Source: an uncultured Candidatus Saccharibacteria bacterium (GTDB lineage Bacteria > Patescibacteriota > Minisyncoccia > Phycocordibacterales > UBA9973). From it: a stretch of DNA of 64,000 bases. A program made the position numbers and the translations under genes. The first letter of the stretch is position 1. The number at the start of each line of letters is the position of its first letter. The DNA lies in assembly GCA_964563715.1 (NCBI GenBank), contig CAZLXA010000001.1:33613-97612 (forward strand). The letters are read 5' to 3'. Shown piece after piece: positions 28,039 to 37,634 of the stretch. Under the pieces are notes generated by a model. It saw only the letters and a program-made list of their open reading frames with translations. It ran no database searches and had not been told where the DNA came from.

Positions 28039-29034
28039 ATGTCAAGCCCAAATAAAACAATTAAAGACGAGGGGTTTTTAGACCAAACTCTAAGACCAGA
28101 GGTCTGGTCAGAGTATATTGGCCAAGAAAATATTAAAGCAAATCTAAAAATTCTTCTAACCGCCGCCGAAGAACGATCTCACCCGGCTGAACATATTCTT
28201 TTTTATGGTCCACCAGGACTCGGCAAAACAACACTTGCTCATTTGATTGCCAAAGAAACTAGGCGCCAAATAAAAATTACTTCCGGACCAGCAATTGAAA
28301 AAGTTGGAGACCTTGCTTCGATTCTAACTAATCTTGCTCCAGGTGATATTGTTTTCATTGATGAAATTCATCGCTTAAATAAAATGGTGGAAGAAATTTT
28401 ATATCCAGCTATGGAATCTGGTGTTCTTGATATTATTATTGGTAAAGGCCCATCAGCGAGAACGATTCAACTTGAGCTGCCACCTTTTACTTTGATTGCG
28501 GCAACAACTCGAATTGCACTCCTTTCCTCTCCCCTTCGTTCCCGATTCTCAGGTGGAGTTTTTCGTTTAGAATTTTATAGTCATGATGAAATTAAAAAAA
28601 TTCTTTCTCGTTCAGCTAAAATTTTAGGCGTAGAATTAGATAATGAAGCACTCGATGAAATATCCAAAAGAGCTCGTTTTACTCCTCGAACAGCCAATTA
28701 TTTTTTGAAACGCTGTCGTGATTACGCCCAAGTAAACAAAACCCCTCTATCAAAAGAGTCAGTCAAAAAAGCTTTAGCTTTACTTGAAATCGACGAGCTT
28801 GGTTTATCATCATCAGACAGAAGAATTTTAGATATTATTATTTCAAAATTCGGTGGTGGCCCTGTTGGTTTAAAAACCATAGCGGCTGCTACAAGTGAAG
28901 AAGAAGCCACAATTGAAGAAGTGGTTGAACCATATTTAATTCAACTTGGTTTACTTGACCGTACCACTAGAGGACGCGTTGTAACAAAAAAGGGTTATGA
29001 GCATTTGGGGTATGATAAAATAATTACGAATTAA
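28039..29034 (+). CDS. ruvB: Holliday junction DNA helicase RuvB
   Basis: RPEVWSEYIGQE, Walker A GPPGLGKTTLA, Walker B VFIDEIHRL, sensor LIAATTR. Confidence 0.9.
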   Translation: MSSPNKTIKDEGFLDQTLRPEVWSEYIGQENIKANLKILLTAAEERSHPAEHILFYGPPGLGKTTLAHLIAKETRRQIKITSGPAIEKVGDLASILTNLAPGDIVFIDEIHRLNKMVEEILYPAMESGVLDIIIGKGPSARTIQLELPPFTLIAATTRIALLSSPLRSRFSGGVFRLEFYSHDEIKKILSRSAKILGVELDNEALDEISKRARFTPRTANYFLKRCRDYAQVNKTPLSKESVKKALALLEIDELGLSSSDRRILDIIISKFGGGPVGLKTIAAATSEEEATIEEVVEPYLIQLGLLDRTTRGRVVTKKGYEHLGYDKIITN

Positions 29035-29052
29035 TAATTACGAATTACGAAT
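29022..29052. repeat. AATTACGAATT-type repeat spanning the ruvB stop and the ruvC start
   Basis: ATTACGAATTAATAATTACGAATTACGAATG; the TAA stop of ruvB and the ATG of ruvC are embedded in the motif. Confidence 0.6.
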
Positions 29053-29536
29053 GAAAATACTCGCAATTGATCCAGGATTTGAAAGAGTTGGAATAGCAAT
29101 TATTGAAAAAACAAATCTGAATAAAGATATTCTTGTTTATTCGAATTGTTTTAAAACAAAAGCCAATATTATTTTCCCAGAAAGGTTAAAAAATATCGGC
29201 CTGGAATTAGAAAATATTATTAAAAAATATAAACCCAAAGCTCTGGCGATTGAAAAACTTTATTTTACGACCAACCAAAAAACTGTTATGGGTGTTTCCG
29301 AAGCTCGTGGGGTTATGGTCTACATTGCGGCTAAAAATAATCTAGCAGTTTATGAATACACTCCCCCACAAATAAAAGTGGCAGTCACTGGCTACGGTAA
29401 AGCAAGTAAAGAAAATGTTATGTCTATGGTTCCAAAACTAATTGATATTAAGACTAAAATAAGTTCCGATGATGAGTTGGATGCTATTGCTATAGGATTG
29501 ACATGCCTTGCGTGTGAGAAGTTTTCCACAGCCTAA
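29051..29536 (+). CDS. ruvC: Crossover junction endodeoxyribonuclease RuvC
   Basis: MKILAIDPGFERVGIAIIE; RNase H-fold acidic residues; 161 aa. Confidence 0.85.
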   Translation: MKILAIDPGFERVGIAIIEKTNLNKDILVYSNCFKTKANIIFPERLKNIGLELENIIKKYKPKALAIEKLYFTTNQKTVMGVSEARGVMVYIAAKNNLAVYEYTPPQIKVAVTGYGKASKENVMSMVPKLIDIKTKISSDDELDAIAIGLTCLACEKFSTA

Positions 29537-29590
29537 AAACTCTTGCAAAGAAAATAATATTTTGATACAAATAATGCATTATAAATTATC

Positions 29591-29779
29591 ATGTTTATTA
29601 TGAGCTATATTGATGACGAAGAATTAAAAATTGATATCGATGAGGAAGAAGATGAAGACCTTCCTGAAGATATTAGTGACGAAGAAGATTTAAATGGATT
29701 GTTGGATGACGATTTGTTAGACGACGATCTAATTGATGATGATGATTTAAAAATAGTTGATGACACTATAGATGAATAA
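29591..29779 (+). CDS. Highly acidic 62-aa peptide (about 60% Asp/Glu), hypothetical
   Basis: MFIMSYIDDEELKIDIDEEEDEDLPEDISDEEDLNGLLDDDLLDDDLIDDDDLKIVDDTIDE, with its own terminator at 29784-29813. Confidence 0.4.
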   Translation: MFIMSYIDDEELKIDIDEEEDEDLPEDISDEEDLNGLLDDDLLDDDLIDDDDLKIVDDTIDE

Positions 29780-29783
29780 AAAA

Positions 29784-29813
29784 ATCCTCCGATATACTCG
29801 GAGGATTTTTTTA
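29784..29813 (+). terminator. Rho-independent terminator
   Basis: ATCCTCCG-ATATACT-CGGAGGAT followed by a T-run. Confidence 0.65.
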
Positions 29814-29821
29814 TTTTATAT

Positions 29822-31027
29822 TTATCTAGTTTTTATCTTGCAAAACCTTTTTTTACCAATTCTATAAACCCCATTTTCGGCCACCTCATCATGTTTTGAT
29901 ATTTTTTTATTATTATCTAAATTAGTTATTGCTCCGCTCTCAACTAACCTACGAAAATCAGTCTTGGAAGAAATTATTTTATTAGTTAAAAACAAATCAA
30001 CTAGTAAGTCTCCTTTTTTAGCATCAATGTTTAAAACATCTGTCGGGTTTTCCTTTTTTTGAAATGTATTTATAAAACTTTCCTCAGCAATACTTGCTTG
30101 TTTGACCCCATGAATAATTTTAACAATTTCTTTGGCCACAGTTTTCTTGGCTTCAAGTGGATTTTTCTTAGCTAAAATATCATCAATTTCTTTAAGTGGT
30201 AATTTTGTACAATTAACAAACAACACCTTTATCATTTCGTCGGGTTGAGCCATAATTCCCCCATACATTTCTGAGGGTGTAGTATTTAAAAATATTCCTG
30301 TCCCTCGACTCTTTGACATCAATTCCCCGGTCTTTGGGTTTTCCATCAAGTTCACCACAGCTACAAATTTTTCTTTATTTTTTAATTTTCTTAAAAGCGT
30401 CCGTCCCATAAGGGCATTAAATATTTGGTCGGTTCCACAAAGTTCAACATCAACTTCCATCGCGACAGAATCGTAACCTTGCATAAGTGGATATAAAAAT
30501 TCATGAAGAAAAATATGTTTACCCTCTTTAATTCTTTTTTGAAACATATCTCTTTCAATCATTTGAGAAACGGTAATATTTGAAGCCAATTCTAAAACAC
30601 TTTCCATATTCATTTTTGCCAACCACTTACTATTGAAAAGAATTTTTGGTGGATTAACTTTGTCATTAAAGTTCATCAAATTTTTTATTTGCTTCTGCCA
30701 ATCTTTAATATTTTGTAAAACTTCTTTTTTGGTTAATGTGGCGCGGGTACCCTGTTGGCCGGAAGGGTCACCAATTCGAGCAGTGAAGTCACCAAAAAGT
30801 AAAATAACTTCATGACCAAGCATTCGAATTTCTTCGAGTAACATTATATTCTTAGCATGACTTAAATGAAGGGTGTTCGCGGTGGCGTCAAATCCTTGAT
30901 AAATTCTTATTCTCTTGCCAGAAGTTAAGAGTTTTTTTAATTCTTCTTTTGTTGGTAAAGCATTGATTATAATTCCACGATTTAATAAATCGTCAATTTT
31001 TTTCTCATCTGTTACTATTTTACTCAT
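29822..31027 (-). CDS. tyrS: Tyrosyl-tRNA synthetase
   Basis: Class I HIGH-like motif ANTLHLSH, KMSKS-like GELMSKSRG, C-terminal S4 domain; 401 aa. Confidence 0.7.
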   Translation of the reverse strand: MSKIVTDEKKIDDLLNRGIIINALPTKEELKKLLTSGKRIRIYQGFDATANTLHLSHAKNIMLLEEIRMLGHEVILLFGDFTARIGDPSGQQGTRATLTKKEVLQNIKDWQKQIKNLMNFNDKVNPPKILFNSKWLAKMNMESVLELASNITVSQMIERDMFQKRIKEGKHIFLHEFLYPLMQGYDSVAMEVDVELCGTDQIFNALMGRTLLRKLKNKEKFVAVVNLMENPKTGELMSKSRGTGIFLNTTPSEMYGGIMAQPDEMIKVLFVNCTKLPLKEIDDILAKKNPLEAKKTVAKEIVKIIHGVKQASIAEESFINTFQKKENPTDVLNIDAKKGDLLVDLFLTNKIISSKTDFRRLVESGAITNLDNNKKISKHDEVAENGVYRIGKKRFCKIKTR

Positions 31028-31067
31028 ATTCTATACTTTACCATAAAAGTATCATTAAAAGAATATA

Positions 31068-33578
31068 ATGTGTTATTATATATGTATGCGAAAACTAAAA
31101 AAACCTTCATTAAAGAACCTTATTTTAATAATTATCGGCCTTGGCCTTTTATTTACTAGTCTAATAGTCATTTGGATTAGTACTTTACGACTACCTGACT
31201 TTAAGTCATTTACTGACCGTAAAATACAGAGTTCGACTAAAATATACGACCGAACCGGTGAGATTCTCCTTTACGATGTTCATGCTGATATAAAAAGAAC
31301 AATTATTCCTTATGAAGAAATAGGAACAAATATTTTAAATGCCACTGTGGCTATTGAAGATTCAGAATTTTATCAACACCATGGTATTAGACTTAAATCA
31401 ATCATCCGAGCTACTTTTTGGGCAAAATTAACTGGTAAAAAATTGCAGGGTGGTTCAACTATTACTCAACAATTAATTAAAAATACTCTTCTGACGCCTG
31501 AGGTTTCTATTTCGCGTAAAATGAAAGAGTGGATATTGGCAGTCAAACTTGAAAAAATTATGAGTAAAGATGATATTTTGGCTCTTTATTTAAATGAGGC
31601 TCCTTATGGAGGAAATATTTATGGAGTTGAAGAAGCCAGTAAAGCTTTCTTTGGTAAAAAACCAAAAGATGCGACTCTAGCCGAAGCCGCTTACCTTGCT
31701 TCTATTCCTAATGGTCCAACATACTATTCTCCTTATCGAAAAAATAAAGATAAATTGGATGAAAGAAAAAATATTGTCTTAAAGAGAATGCTTGATTTAG
31801 GATTTATCACTGAGAGCGAACACTTAAAAGCAAAAAGTGAAGTGGTGGCCTTTTTACCCGAACAACCAATGCATATAGCGGCTCCTCATTTTGTTTTTTT
31901 TATAAAAGAATATTTAGAAAATCGTTATGGAGCTGATACTCTTGAGGGTGGGGGTCTAAAAATAATTACAACTCTCGATTACGAATTACAAAAAAAGGCG
32001 GAGGAAATAACTTTAAAAAATGCTCTTGAAAATGAAAAAAGTTGGAATGGTAAAAATGCTTCTGTCGTAGTCCTTGATCCCAAAAATGGTCAAATCTTAT
32101 CAATGGTTGGATCCCGAGATTATTTTGATAAAACGATAGATGGAAATTTCAATGTTGCGACGGCTGGACGACAGCCAGGGTCTTCTTTCAAGCCAATAGT
32201 GTATGCTCTTGCTTTCGAAAAAGGTTATACTGAAAAAACTGTTTTATTTGATGTAAAAACTGAATTTAACGCTTCTTGTAATCCAAACGGTCTTTCAAAC
32301 GATAGTAAATGCTATAGTCCAGATAATTATGATAATGCTTTCAGGGGGCCACTATCACTTCGTGATGGGCTCGCACAATCTATAAACATCATAGCGGTTA
32401 AACTTTTGTATTTAGTTGGTATTTCCGATTCGATTAAAATGGCAAGGAACTTGGGAATCACAACTCTTTTAAATGACCCAAATCGTTATGGGTTGACTCT
32501 AGTAATCGGAGGAGGAGAAACAACTTTACTTGATATGACTTCTGTTTATGGAGTCTTTGCTAATCGTGGGATAAGAAATCAATATACTGGCATATTGTCG
32601 GTTGAAGATGGAGTTGGAAATATTCTTGAAAAATTTGAAGAGGCTCCTCAACAAATTCTAAAACCAAATACGACAAATATTCTTTCTAGTATTTTATCTG
32701 ACAATGAGGCTCGAACCCCAACTTTTGGGGCCAACTCCGTGCTTAAAATACCTGGCCGGGAGGTAGCAGTAAAAACTGGTACCACAAACAACAATAAAGA
32801 TGCTTGGACGATTGGATATACGCCCTCTATAGCAGTGGGGGTCTGGGTTGGGAACAATGATAACATTCCGATGAAAAAAGGTGGGGCGGCGCTTGCTGGG
32901 CCCATTTGGAACGGGGTTATGACTGAAGCACTAAAGACAACACCTGCTGAATTTTTTGAAAAACCCGAACCTATCGACGAAACTCTTCCTCCACTTATTC
33001 GTGGACTCTGGCAAGGTGGAGAAACTTTTAGTATTGATACCGTCTCAGGAGGGTTAGCCACTGAATTTACTCCTTCTGAATTAAAAAAAGAAATATCAAT
33101 TACCAATGTTCACTCGATTTTATACTGGATTGATAAAAATAATCCATTAACACTAAAAACAACAAACTCAAATAGTGACTCACAATTTGAAAATTGGGAA
33201 TATGGAGTAAAAAAATGGTGGGAAGCCAATAAATATAAATACCCAATTATAACTTCGGCTAATAAACCAAGTTATTATGATAATGTTCATACTGAATCAT
33301 CAAAGCCAGTTTTTAATATTACTGGTATGAAAAATACGCCTTATCAAAAAAATGAAAACATAACTATTCTAATTAATCCAACAAGTCAAAATGTTATTAA
33401 AAAAATAGATGTTTTTATTAACAGTAAATACATAACCTCTTTAAAGACTTATCCATTTTCTACTTCTATCAGTTTAAAAAATGTTGAGGATTTGAATAGT
33501 GAAAATATTATAAGAATTATTGGAACCGATGTTTGGGGAAATATTGGTGAACAAACAATTCCTTTTAGTACTATTTAA
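31068..33578 (+). CDS. Class A penicillin-binding protein (PBP1A: glycosyltransferase plus transpeptidase)
   Basis: N-terminal TM; GT51 motifs EDSEFYQHHG and GGSTITQQL; transpeptidase motifs SSFKP (SxxK), SND and KTGTT; ~150-aa C-terminal extension. Confidence 0.9.
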   Translation: MCYYICMRKLKKPSLKNLILIIIGLGLLFTSLIVIWISTLRLPDFKSFTDRKIQSSTKIYDRTGEILLYDVHADIKRTIIPYEEIGTNILNATVAIEDSEFYQHHGIRLKSIIRATFWAKLTGKKLQGGSTITQQLIKNTLLTPEVSISRKMKEWILAVKLEKIMSKDDILALYLNEAPYGGNIYGVEEASKAFFGKKPKDATLAEAAYLASIPNGPTYYSPYRKNKDKLDERKNIVLKRMLDLGFITESEHLKAKSEVVAFLPEQPMHIAAPHFVFFIKEYLENRYGADTLEGGGLKIITTLDYELQKKAEEITLKNALENEKSWNGKNASVVVLDPKNGQILSMVGSRDYFDKTIDGNFNVATAGRQPGSSFKPIVYALAFEKGYTEKTVLFDVKTEFNASCNPNGLSNDSKCYSPDNYDNAFRGPLSLRDGLAQSINIIAVKLLYLVGISDSIKMARNLGITTLLNDPNRYGLTLVIGGGETTLLDMTSVYGVFANRGIRNQYTGILSVEDGVGNILEKFEEAPQQILKPNTTNILSSILSDNEARTPTFGANSVLKIPGREVAVKTGTTNNNKDAWTIGYTPSIAVGVWVGNNDNIPMKKGGAALAGPIWNGVMTEALKTTPAEFFEKPEPIDETLPPLIRGLWQGGETFSIDTVSGGLATEFTPSELKKEISITNVHSILYWIDKNNPLTLKTTNSNSDSQFENWEYGVKKWWEANKYKYPIITSANKPSYYDNVHTESSKPVFNITGMKNTPYQKNENITILINPTSQNVIKKIDVFINSKYITSLKTYPFSTSISLKNVEDLNSENIIRIIGTDVWGNIGEQTIPFSTI

Positions 33579-33834
33579 TATCTAAAAAAATATTGTCGGG
33601 AGAAATAATTTTTAATTTATTTAAAATATTGTTTTTGTGCATCATAATCTCGCTACGAAACATTGGAGACCCGGATATATATATAATACCGTTTTTTATT
33701 TTTATTGAATCTTTCGCAACTGGATGATGAATTTCACCGGAAATTATTTCTACAATAATTTCTTTTATTACTTCTTTTTGATAAATTAATTTTTTAAATT
33801 TATCTAGAAAATTTGTAATATGATTATAATCCAT
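33571..33834 (-). CDS. DUF721-like small protein downstream of dnaN
   Basis: 87-aa ORF placed immediately after dnaN in the dnaA-dnaN operon. Confidence 0.4.
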   Translation of the reverse strand: MDYNHITNFLDKFKKLIYQKEVIKEIIVEIISGEIHHPVAKDSIKIKNGIIYISGSPMFRSEIMMHKNNILNKLKIISPDNIFLDIK

Positions 33835-33850
33835 GTTTTTTTGAATTATA

Positions 33851-33887
33851 ATTATTAATTCGTAATTATTAATTCGTAATTATTTTT
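33851..33887. repeat. AATTCGTAATT-type repeat at the dnaN stop
   Basis: ATTATTAATTCGTAATTATTAATTCGTAATTATTTTT. Confidence 0.6.
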
Positions 33888-34983
33888 ACCTATTCATTGG
33901 CATGACCAAATACATAAAAGATGAGTCTCCAATTCCTTTTATAATCATTGGCCGGTTGTTGCCATTTAACTCAATACTTAAACTATCACCAGAAATAGAC
34001 TGAAAACAATCTAAAATATATTTATAATTAAAATTTGCAGAAACTGGTTCTCCAGATAAAGCGCCCGAAATAAGGGTAGTATTCTCTCCAATATCTGTAT
34101 TTTTTGATTCTATTTCGAATATTTTTTCATTAGGTTTAACAGTCAAAACCACTTGATTAAACTTATCAGAAAAAATATTTGAAATTTTCAGAGATGAAAT
34201 AAAATCTTGTTTTAAAACAACAGATTTTGTTGTTGGGTTTTTAGGAATAATTTGTTTGTAGTCAGGGAAACTCCCGTCTACAACCCTTGAAGTTAAATAA
34301 ATATTTGAAGCAGTAAATGATATTTGGTTTTTTTGAAGAGTAATATTAACGTCGTCATCAAAACCATCAAACACTTTAATTATCTCAACAACATTTTTAA
34401 AGGGAATTAATATTCCGCCAAAAGATAATTTTTGTTTTATTTTTATTTTTTTCTCAGCTAATCTGAAAGAGTCGGTTGAAACAAAAACCAACATATCGTC
34501 TTCTGGGTAAATATATACGCTTCCGATTTCAGGTTTTATTTCCGAAACAGAAGCACTATAATAAACCGATTTAACCCCTTCAATAAATTTTTTACTAGAA
34601 ATAAGTAATGTCTCCCCTTCAACAATTGGGATAGTTGGAAAATCTTCATGAGAAATACTTTTTAATAAAATAGTACTTGTATTTGTTTTAACCAATAAAT
34701 TACCATTAATCAACTCAAATTTAACCAATAAGTCTCCTTGTAAAACAGAAAACAAAGAGGATAAAATATCACCTCTCACGGCCACCACCCCTTCTTTCTC
34801 GATTTTTGCTGGTATTTCTATTTCAATACCAATATTTAAATTAGTGGCCCTTAGTTTCAATGATTTACCTGTTGCTACCCACAAAACCGAACCTAAAACA
34901 GGTAATGTTAAATTCTTTCCAGTTATCCTTTCGACTGATTGGAGTGCTTTTTTTATTTTATCGATTGAACATTCTATTTTCAT
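33886..34983 (-). CDS. dnaN: DNA polymerase III beta sliding clamp
   Basis: 365 aa in three-domain clamp architecture, positioned immediately downstream of dnaA. Confidence 0.85.
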   Translation of the reverse strand: MKIECSIDKIKKALQSVERITGKNLTLPVLGSVLWVATGKSLKLRATNLNIGIEIEIPAKIEKEGVVAVRGDILSSLFSVLQGDLLVKFELINGNLLVKTNTSTILLKSISHEDFPTIPIVEGETLLISSKKFIEGVKSVYYSASVSEIKPEIGSVYIYPEDDMLVFVSTDSFRLAEKKIKIKQKLSFGGILIPFKNVVEIIKVFDGFDDDVNITLQKNQISFTASNIYLTSRVVDGSFPDYKQIIPKNPTTKSVVLKQDFISSLKISNIFSDKFNQVVLTVKPNEKIFEIESKNTDIGENTTLISGALSGEPVSANFNYKYILDCFQSISGDSLSIELNGNNRPMIIKGIGDSSFMYLVMPMNR

Positions 34984-35190
34984 ATATGTTATTAATTATC
35001 TTATAAATACTTATTACTACTATTAGACCTGTTAATATGTGGATTACGATATGACTCAATTAAACTAACGACATTTTTATTTTTATTTTTTAAAAATTTT
35101 ATTTATTTTGTGAATTACTTTTAATTTTTTAATAAATGATTATTTTTCCACATTTATTATTTTTATAAACATAACTTTTCCACAGGTTTA
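34984..35190. promoter_or_regulatory. Candidate oriC segment (dnaA-dnaN spacer) with DnaA-box-like 9-mers and an AT-rich unwinding stretch
   Basis: TGTGGATTA at 35038-35046; TTTTCCACA at 35144-35152 and 35176-35184 (TTATCCACA consensus, 1 mismatch each); A/T tract at 35080-35140. Confidence 0.55.
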
Positions 35191-36555
35191 TTATTTAAAC
35201 ATAATTCTAATTTTTTCTATCTCTTGTAAAAGTGAAGGGTCTGTCTTTAAATCACTTTTAATTTTTAAATGAGAGTGAATGACGGTCGTATGGTCTCTAT
35301 CCCCCAGTTTTTGTCCTATTAGTGGATAAGAAATATTAAAATCTTCACGGAGTAAATACATTGCTACCTGACGAGCCTTAACTATTTCTTTTCTTCTGGT
35401 TTTCTCATAAATTACTTCTTCAGCTAGGCCGTATTGATCTGCGACAATTTTAACAATATCCTTAATTGCCACGGTCTTTTTTGGTCTAATATTATTTCTA
35501 ATTAGGGTTTTTATTTCAGCCAGGGTTAATGATTTGTTTTTTAGTTGAGATTGGCAAATAACAGTATTTAGACTACCCTCAAGTTCACGGATGTTCCCTT
35601 CTAGTGATTCAGCTAGATAAGAAACTATCTCTGGTTCAATAATACAATTTGTTGATTCAAACTTAGCTTTAATAATTGCGACCCGAGACTCATAATCTGG
35701 TTCAATAATTTGAACTGTCATCCCAGAGGCAAAACGAGACTGGAGTCTGTCTTCTAAGCCTTGAATAAAGTTTGGGTGTTTATCGGAAGAGAAAATTATT
35801 TGTTTGTTATTTTCATACAAAGTATTAAATAAATGGAATAATTCTTCTTGTGTTTTATCTTTACCGGAAATAAATTGGATATCATCCATTATGATTACAT
35901 CGTATTTTCTATATTTTTCCTTGAAAGCATTAGGGTTTTTATTTTGGATTGAATTAATATAATCAATTGTAAATCTTTCCAAGCTAACATAATAAACTTT
36001 TTTTAGTGGGTGTTTTATTTTTATAGTATTGCCTATGGCTTGGATCATGTGGGTCTTCCCTAGCCCTGTTCCCCCGTAGACAAAAAATGGATTATAGTTT
36101 TGACCGGGGTTAGTGATGATGGCTTGGGCAACAGCGTAAGCAAGTTCGTTAAAAGGCCCAACAATAAATGAATTAAAGTTATATTTTGGGTTTAAATTAT
36201 CATCTTTATTTATATATAAATCGTTTAACGGTAATTCTTTGTTGATATTAACCACAGTTTTTGGTATAGCGTTTTCATTGCCCTTATTATTTGAATCGTT
36301 TTTTAGTTCTTGTTTATGAATAATGTATTCAACATTACGAACACTTTCTTCATTTCCAATTAAAGTTTTTAGAATTAGTTTATGAAATTTATTATAAAGC
36401 CAGTCTTTGACAAATTCATTTGGAACGCCAACAATAATAATTCCAGCGTCTTCCTTTATTATGGTGGTGTTTTTAAACCAAGTAGTAAAATTAGCCTTTG
36501 AAATGCTTAGTTCGATTTCCGATAAACACTTGCTCCAGAGCTCTTTTGTATTCAT
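35191..36555 (-). CDS. dnaA: Chromosomal replication initiator DnaA
   Basis: AAA+ core with Walker A GGTGLGKTH, Walker B IIMDDIQF and sensor motifs; C-terminal DNA-binding domain VKARQVAMYLLRE. Confidence 0.9.
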   Translation of the reverse strand: MNTKELWSKCLSEIELSISKANFTTWFKNTTIIKEDAGIIIVGVPNEFVKDWLYNKFHKLILKTLIGNEESVRNVEYIIHKQELKNDSNNKGNENAIPKTVVNINKELPLNDLYINKDDNLNPKYNFNSFIVGPFNELAYAVAQAIITNPGQNYNPFFVYGGTGLGKTHMIQAIGNTIKIKHPLKKVYYVSLERFTIDYINSIQNKNPNAFKEKYRKYDVIIMDDIQFISGKDKTQEELFHLFNTLYENNKQIIFSSDKHPNFIQGLEDRLQSRFASGMTVQIIEPDYESRVAIIKAKFESTNCIIEPEIVSYLAESLEGNIRELEGSLNTVICQSQLKNKSLTLAEIKTLIRNNIRPKKTVAIKDIVKIVADQYGLAEEVIYEKTRRKEIVKARQVAMYLLREDFNISYPLIGQKLGDRDHTTVIHSHLKIKSDLKTDPSLLQEIEKIRIMFK

Positions 36556-36672
36556 CCCGTTTAGAAGCAGGTTGCGGTCAATTTTGTGATTAACCTAAAC
36601 TACTTTTATTAATATAAATAATAACTTTTTATAAAAATCCTGTTAATTTTCGCGACCGCGGCTTCTAACGGG
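36556..36672 (-). repeat. Palindromic start-abutting element, copy D, in the dnaA-rpmH spacer. On the minus strand it reads CCCGTTAGAAG ... CTTCTAAACGGG|ATG(dnaA).
   Basis: Arms at 36662-36672 and 36556-36567; the dnaA start codon (rc of 36553-36555) directly follows. A DnaA-box-like TGTGGATAT lies at 36746-36754. Confidence 0.55.
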
Positions 36673-36804
36673 ATTCATAGTCGTTATTATACATTGTTTT
36701 TTAAAACTGCCACAATGAAATATCTTAATTAACATGTTAATATCGTGTGGATATGTTTATTACTTACCGTTGCATTTTTGTCAATTATAGTATATATTTT
36801 CAAT

Positions 36805-36945
36805 ATGTCTCAAACATATCAACCCAACAAAAGAAAAAGAGCCAAAACACACGGCTTCCTTGTCAGAACCAAAACACAAAATGGTAGAAAGGTAAATACT
36901 GCTCGCCGCCGAAAGGGCCGAGCAAATGTCTCAATTAAAAAATAA
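36805..36945 (+). CDS. rpmH: 50S ribosomal protein L34
   Basis: [46 protein letters not shown]. The track ORF 36745-36945 includes this; true start at ATG 36805. Confidence 0.9.
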   Translation: MSQTYQPNKRKRAKTHGFLVRTKTQNGRKVNTARRRKGRANVSIKK

Positions 36946-36946
36946 C

Positions 36947-37279
36947 ATGATCCCAAAGAAAAAGCGGGTGACAAAAAAAGTCTTTGATATCCTAATGAAG
37001 GAAGGAAAAACTTTTTCCACCGGGCTTTTTTTATTTTACTTTAAAAAAGGCGAAATAGCTCAATATACTTTTGTTGCTCCCAAAAAAGCCTTTAAAAACG
37101 CGGTATTAAGAAATAAATATCGGAGGATTGGCTACAATATCTTAAGAAAAAAGCCCCTAAATAAAGGCATTGGGATTTTTATCTATAAAAAACAAGCCTT
37201 AAATGCTAAAAACGAAGAAATCGAGCAAAATATTGACTATTTATTAAAAAAAATGGCTTTATATTATAAAACGTTGTAA
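36947..37279 (+). CDS. rnpA: Ribonuclease P protein component
   Basis: Basic 111 aa (MIPKKKRVTKKVFDILMKEGK...) directly after rpmH. The track ORF starts at 36926 and overlaps rpmH; ATG 36947 is preferred. Confidence 0.7.
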   Translation: MIPKKKRVTKKVFDILMKEGKTFSTGLFLFYFKKGEIAQYTFVAPKKAFKNAVLRNKYRRIGYNILRKKPLNKGIGIFIYKKQALNAKNEEIEQNIDYLLKKMALYYKTL

Positions 37280-37288
37280 AATACTTGT

Positions 37289-37364
37289 CCCGTTAGAAGA
37301 CTAAAGCTTTATTTATTATTAGTTAAAATAAGTATAAATTTCAAGATTTAATACTTCTAACGGG
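37289..37364 (+). repeat. Palindromic start-abutting element, copy C (CCCGTTAGAAG ... CTTCTAACGGG|ATG of yidD)
   Basis: Arms at 37289-37299 and 37354-37364; ATG at 37365. Confidence 0.55.
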
Positions 37365-37568
37365 ATGAAGAAAATAATAATTTATTTAATTAATTTATAT
37401 CAAAAAACACCACTAAAATCTCATTCTTCTTGTGTTTTTTTGCCAACCTGCTCAGAGTACACCAAAGAAGCTGTTGTAAAATATGGCTCTATAAAGGGTT
37501 TATTTATAGGGTTTAGACGCATATTGCGTTGTCATCCCTGGCAAAAGAATCACTACGACCCACTATAA
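37365..37568 (+). CDS. yidD: Membrane protein insertion efficiency factor YidD
   Basis: 67 aa with the conserved CRF.PTCSEY-type motif (SCVFLPTCSEYTKEAVVKYG), positioned between rnpA and yidC. Confidence 0.8.
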   Translation: MKKIIIYLINLYQKTPLKSHSSCVFLPTCSEYTKEAVVKYGSIKGLFIGFRRILRCHPWQKNHYDPL

Positions 37569-37634
37569 AATTATTTTTGGAAGTCCGACTTCCAAAAATT
37601 TTGAAATTTAGGGTTTTTAAGATACAATAGAACA

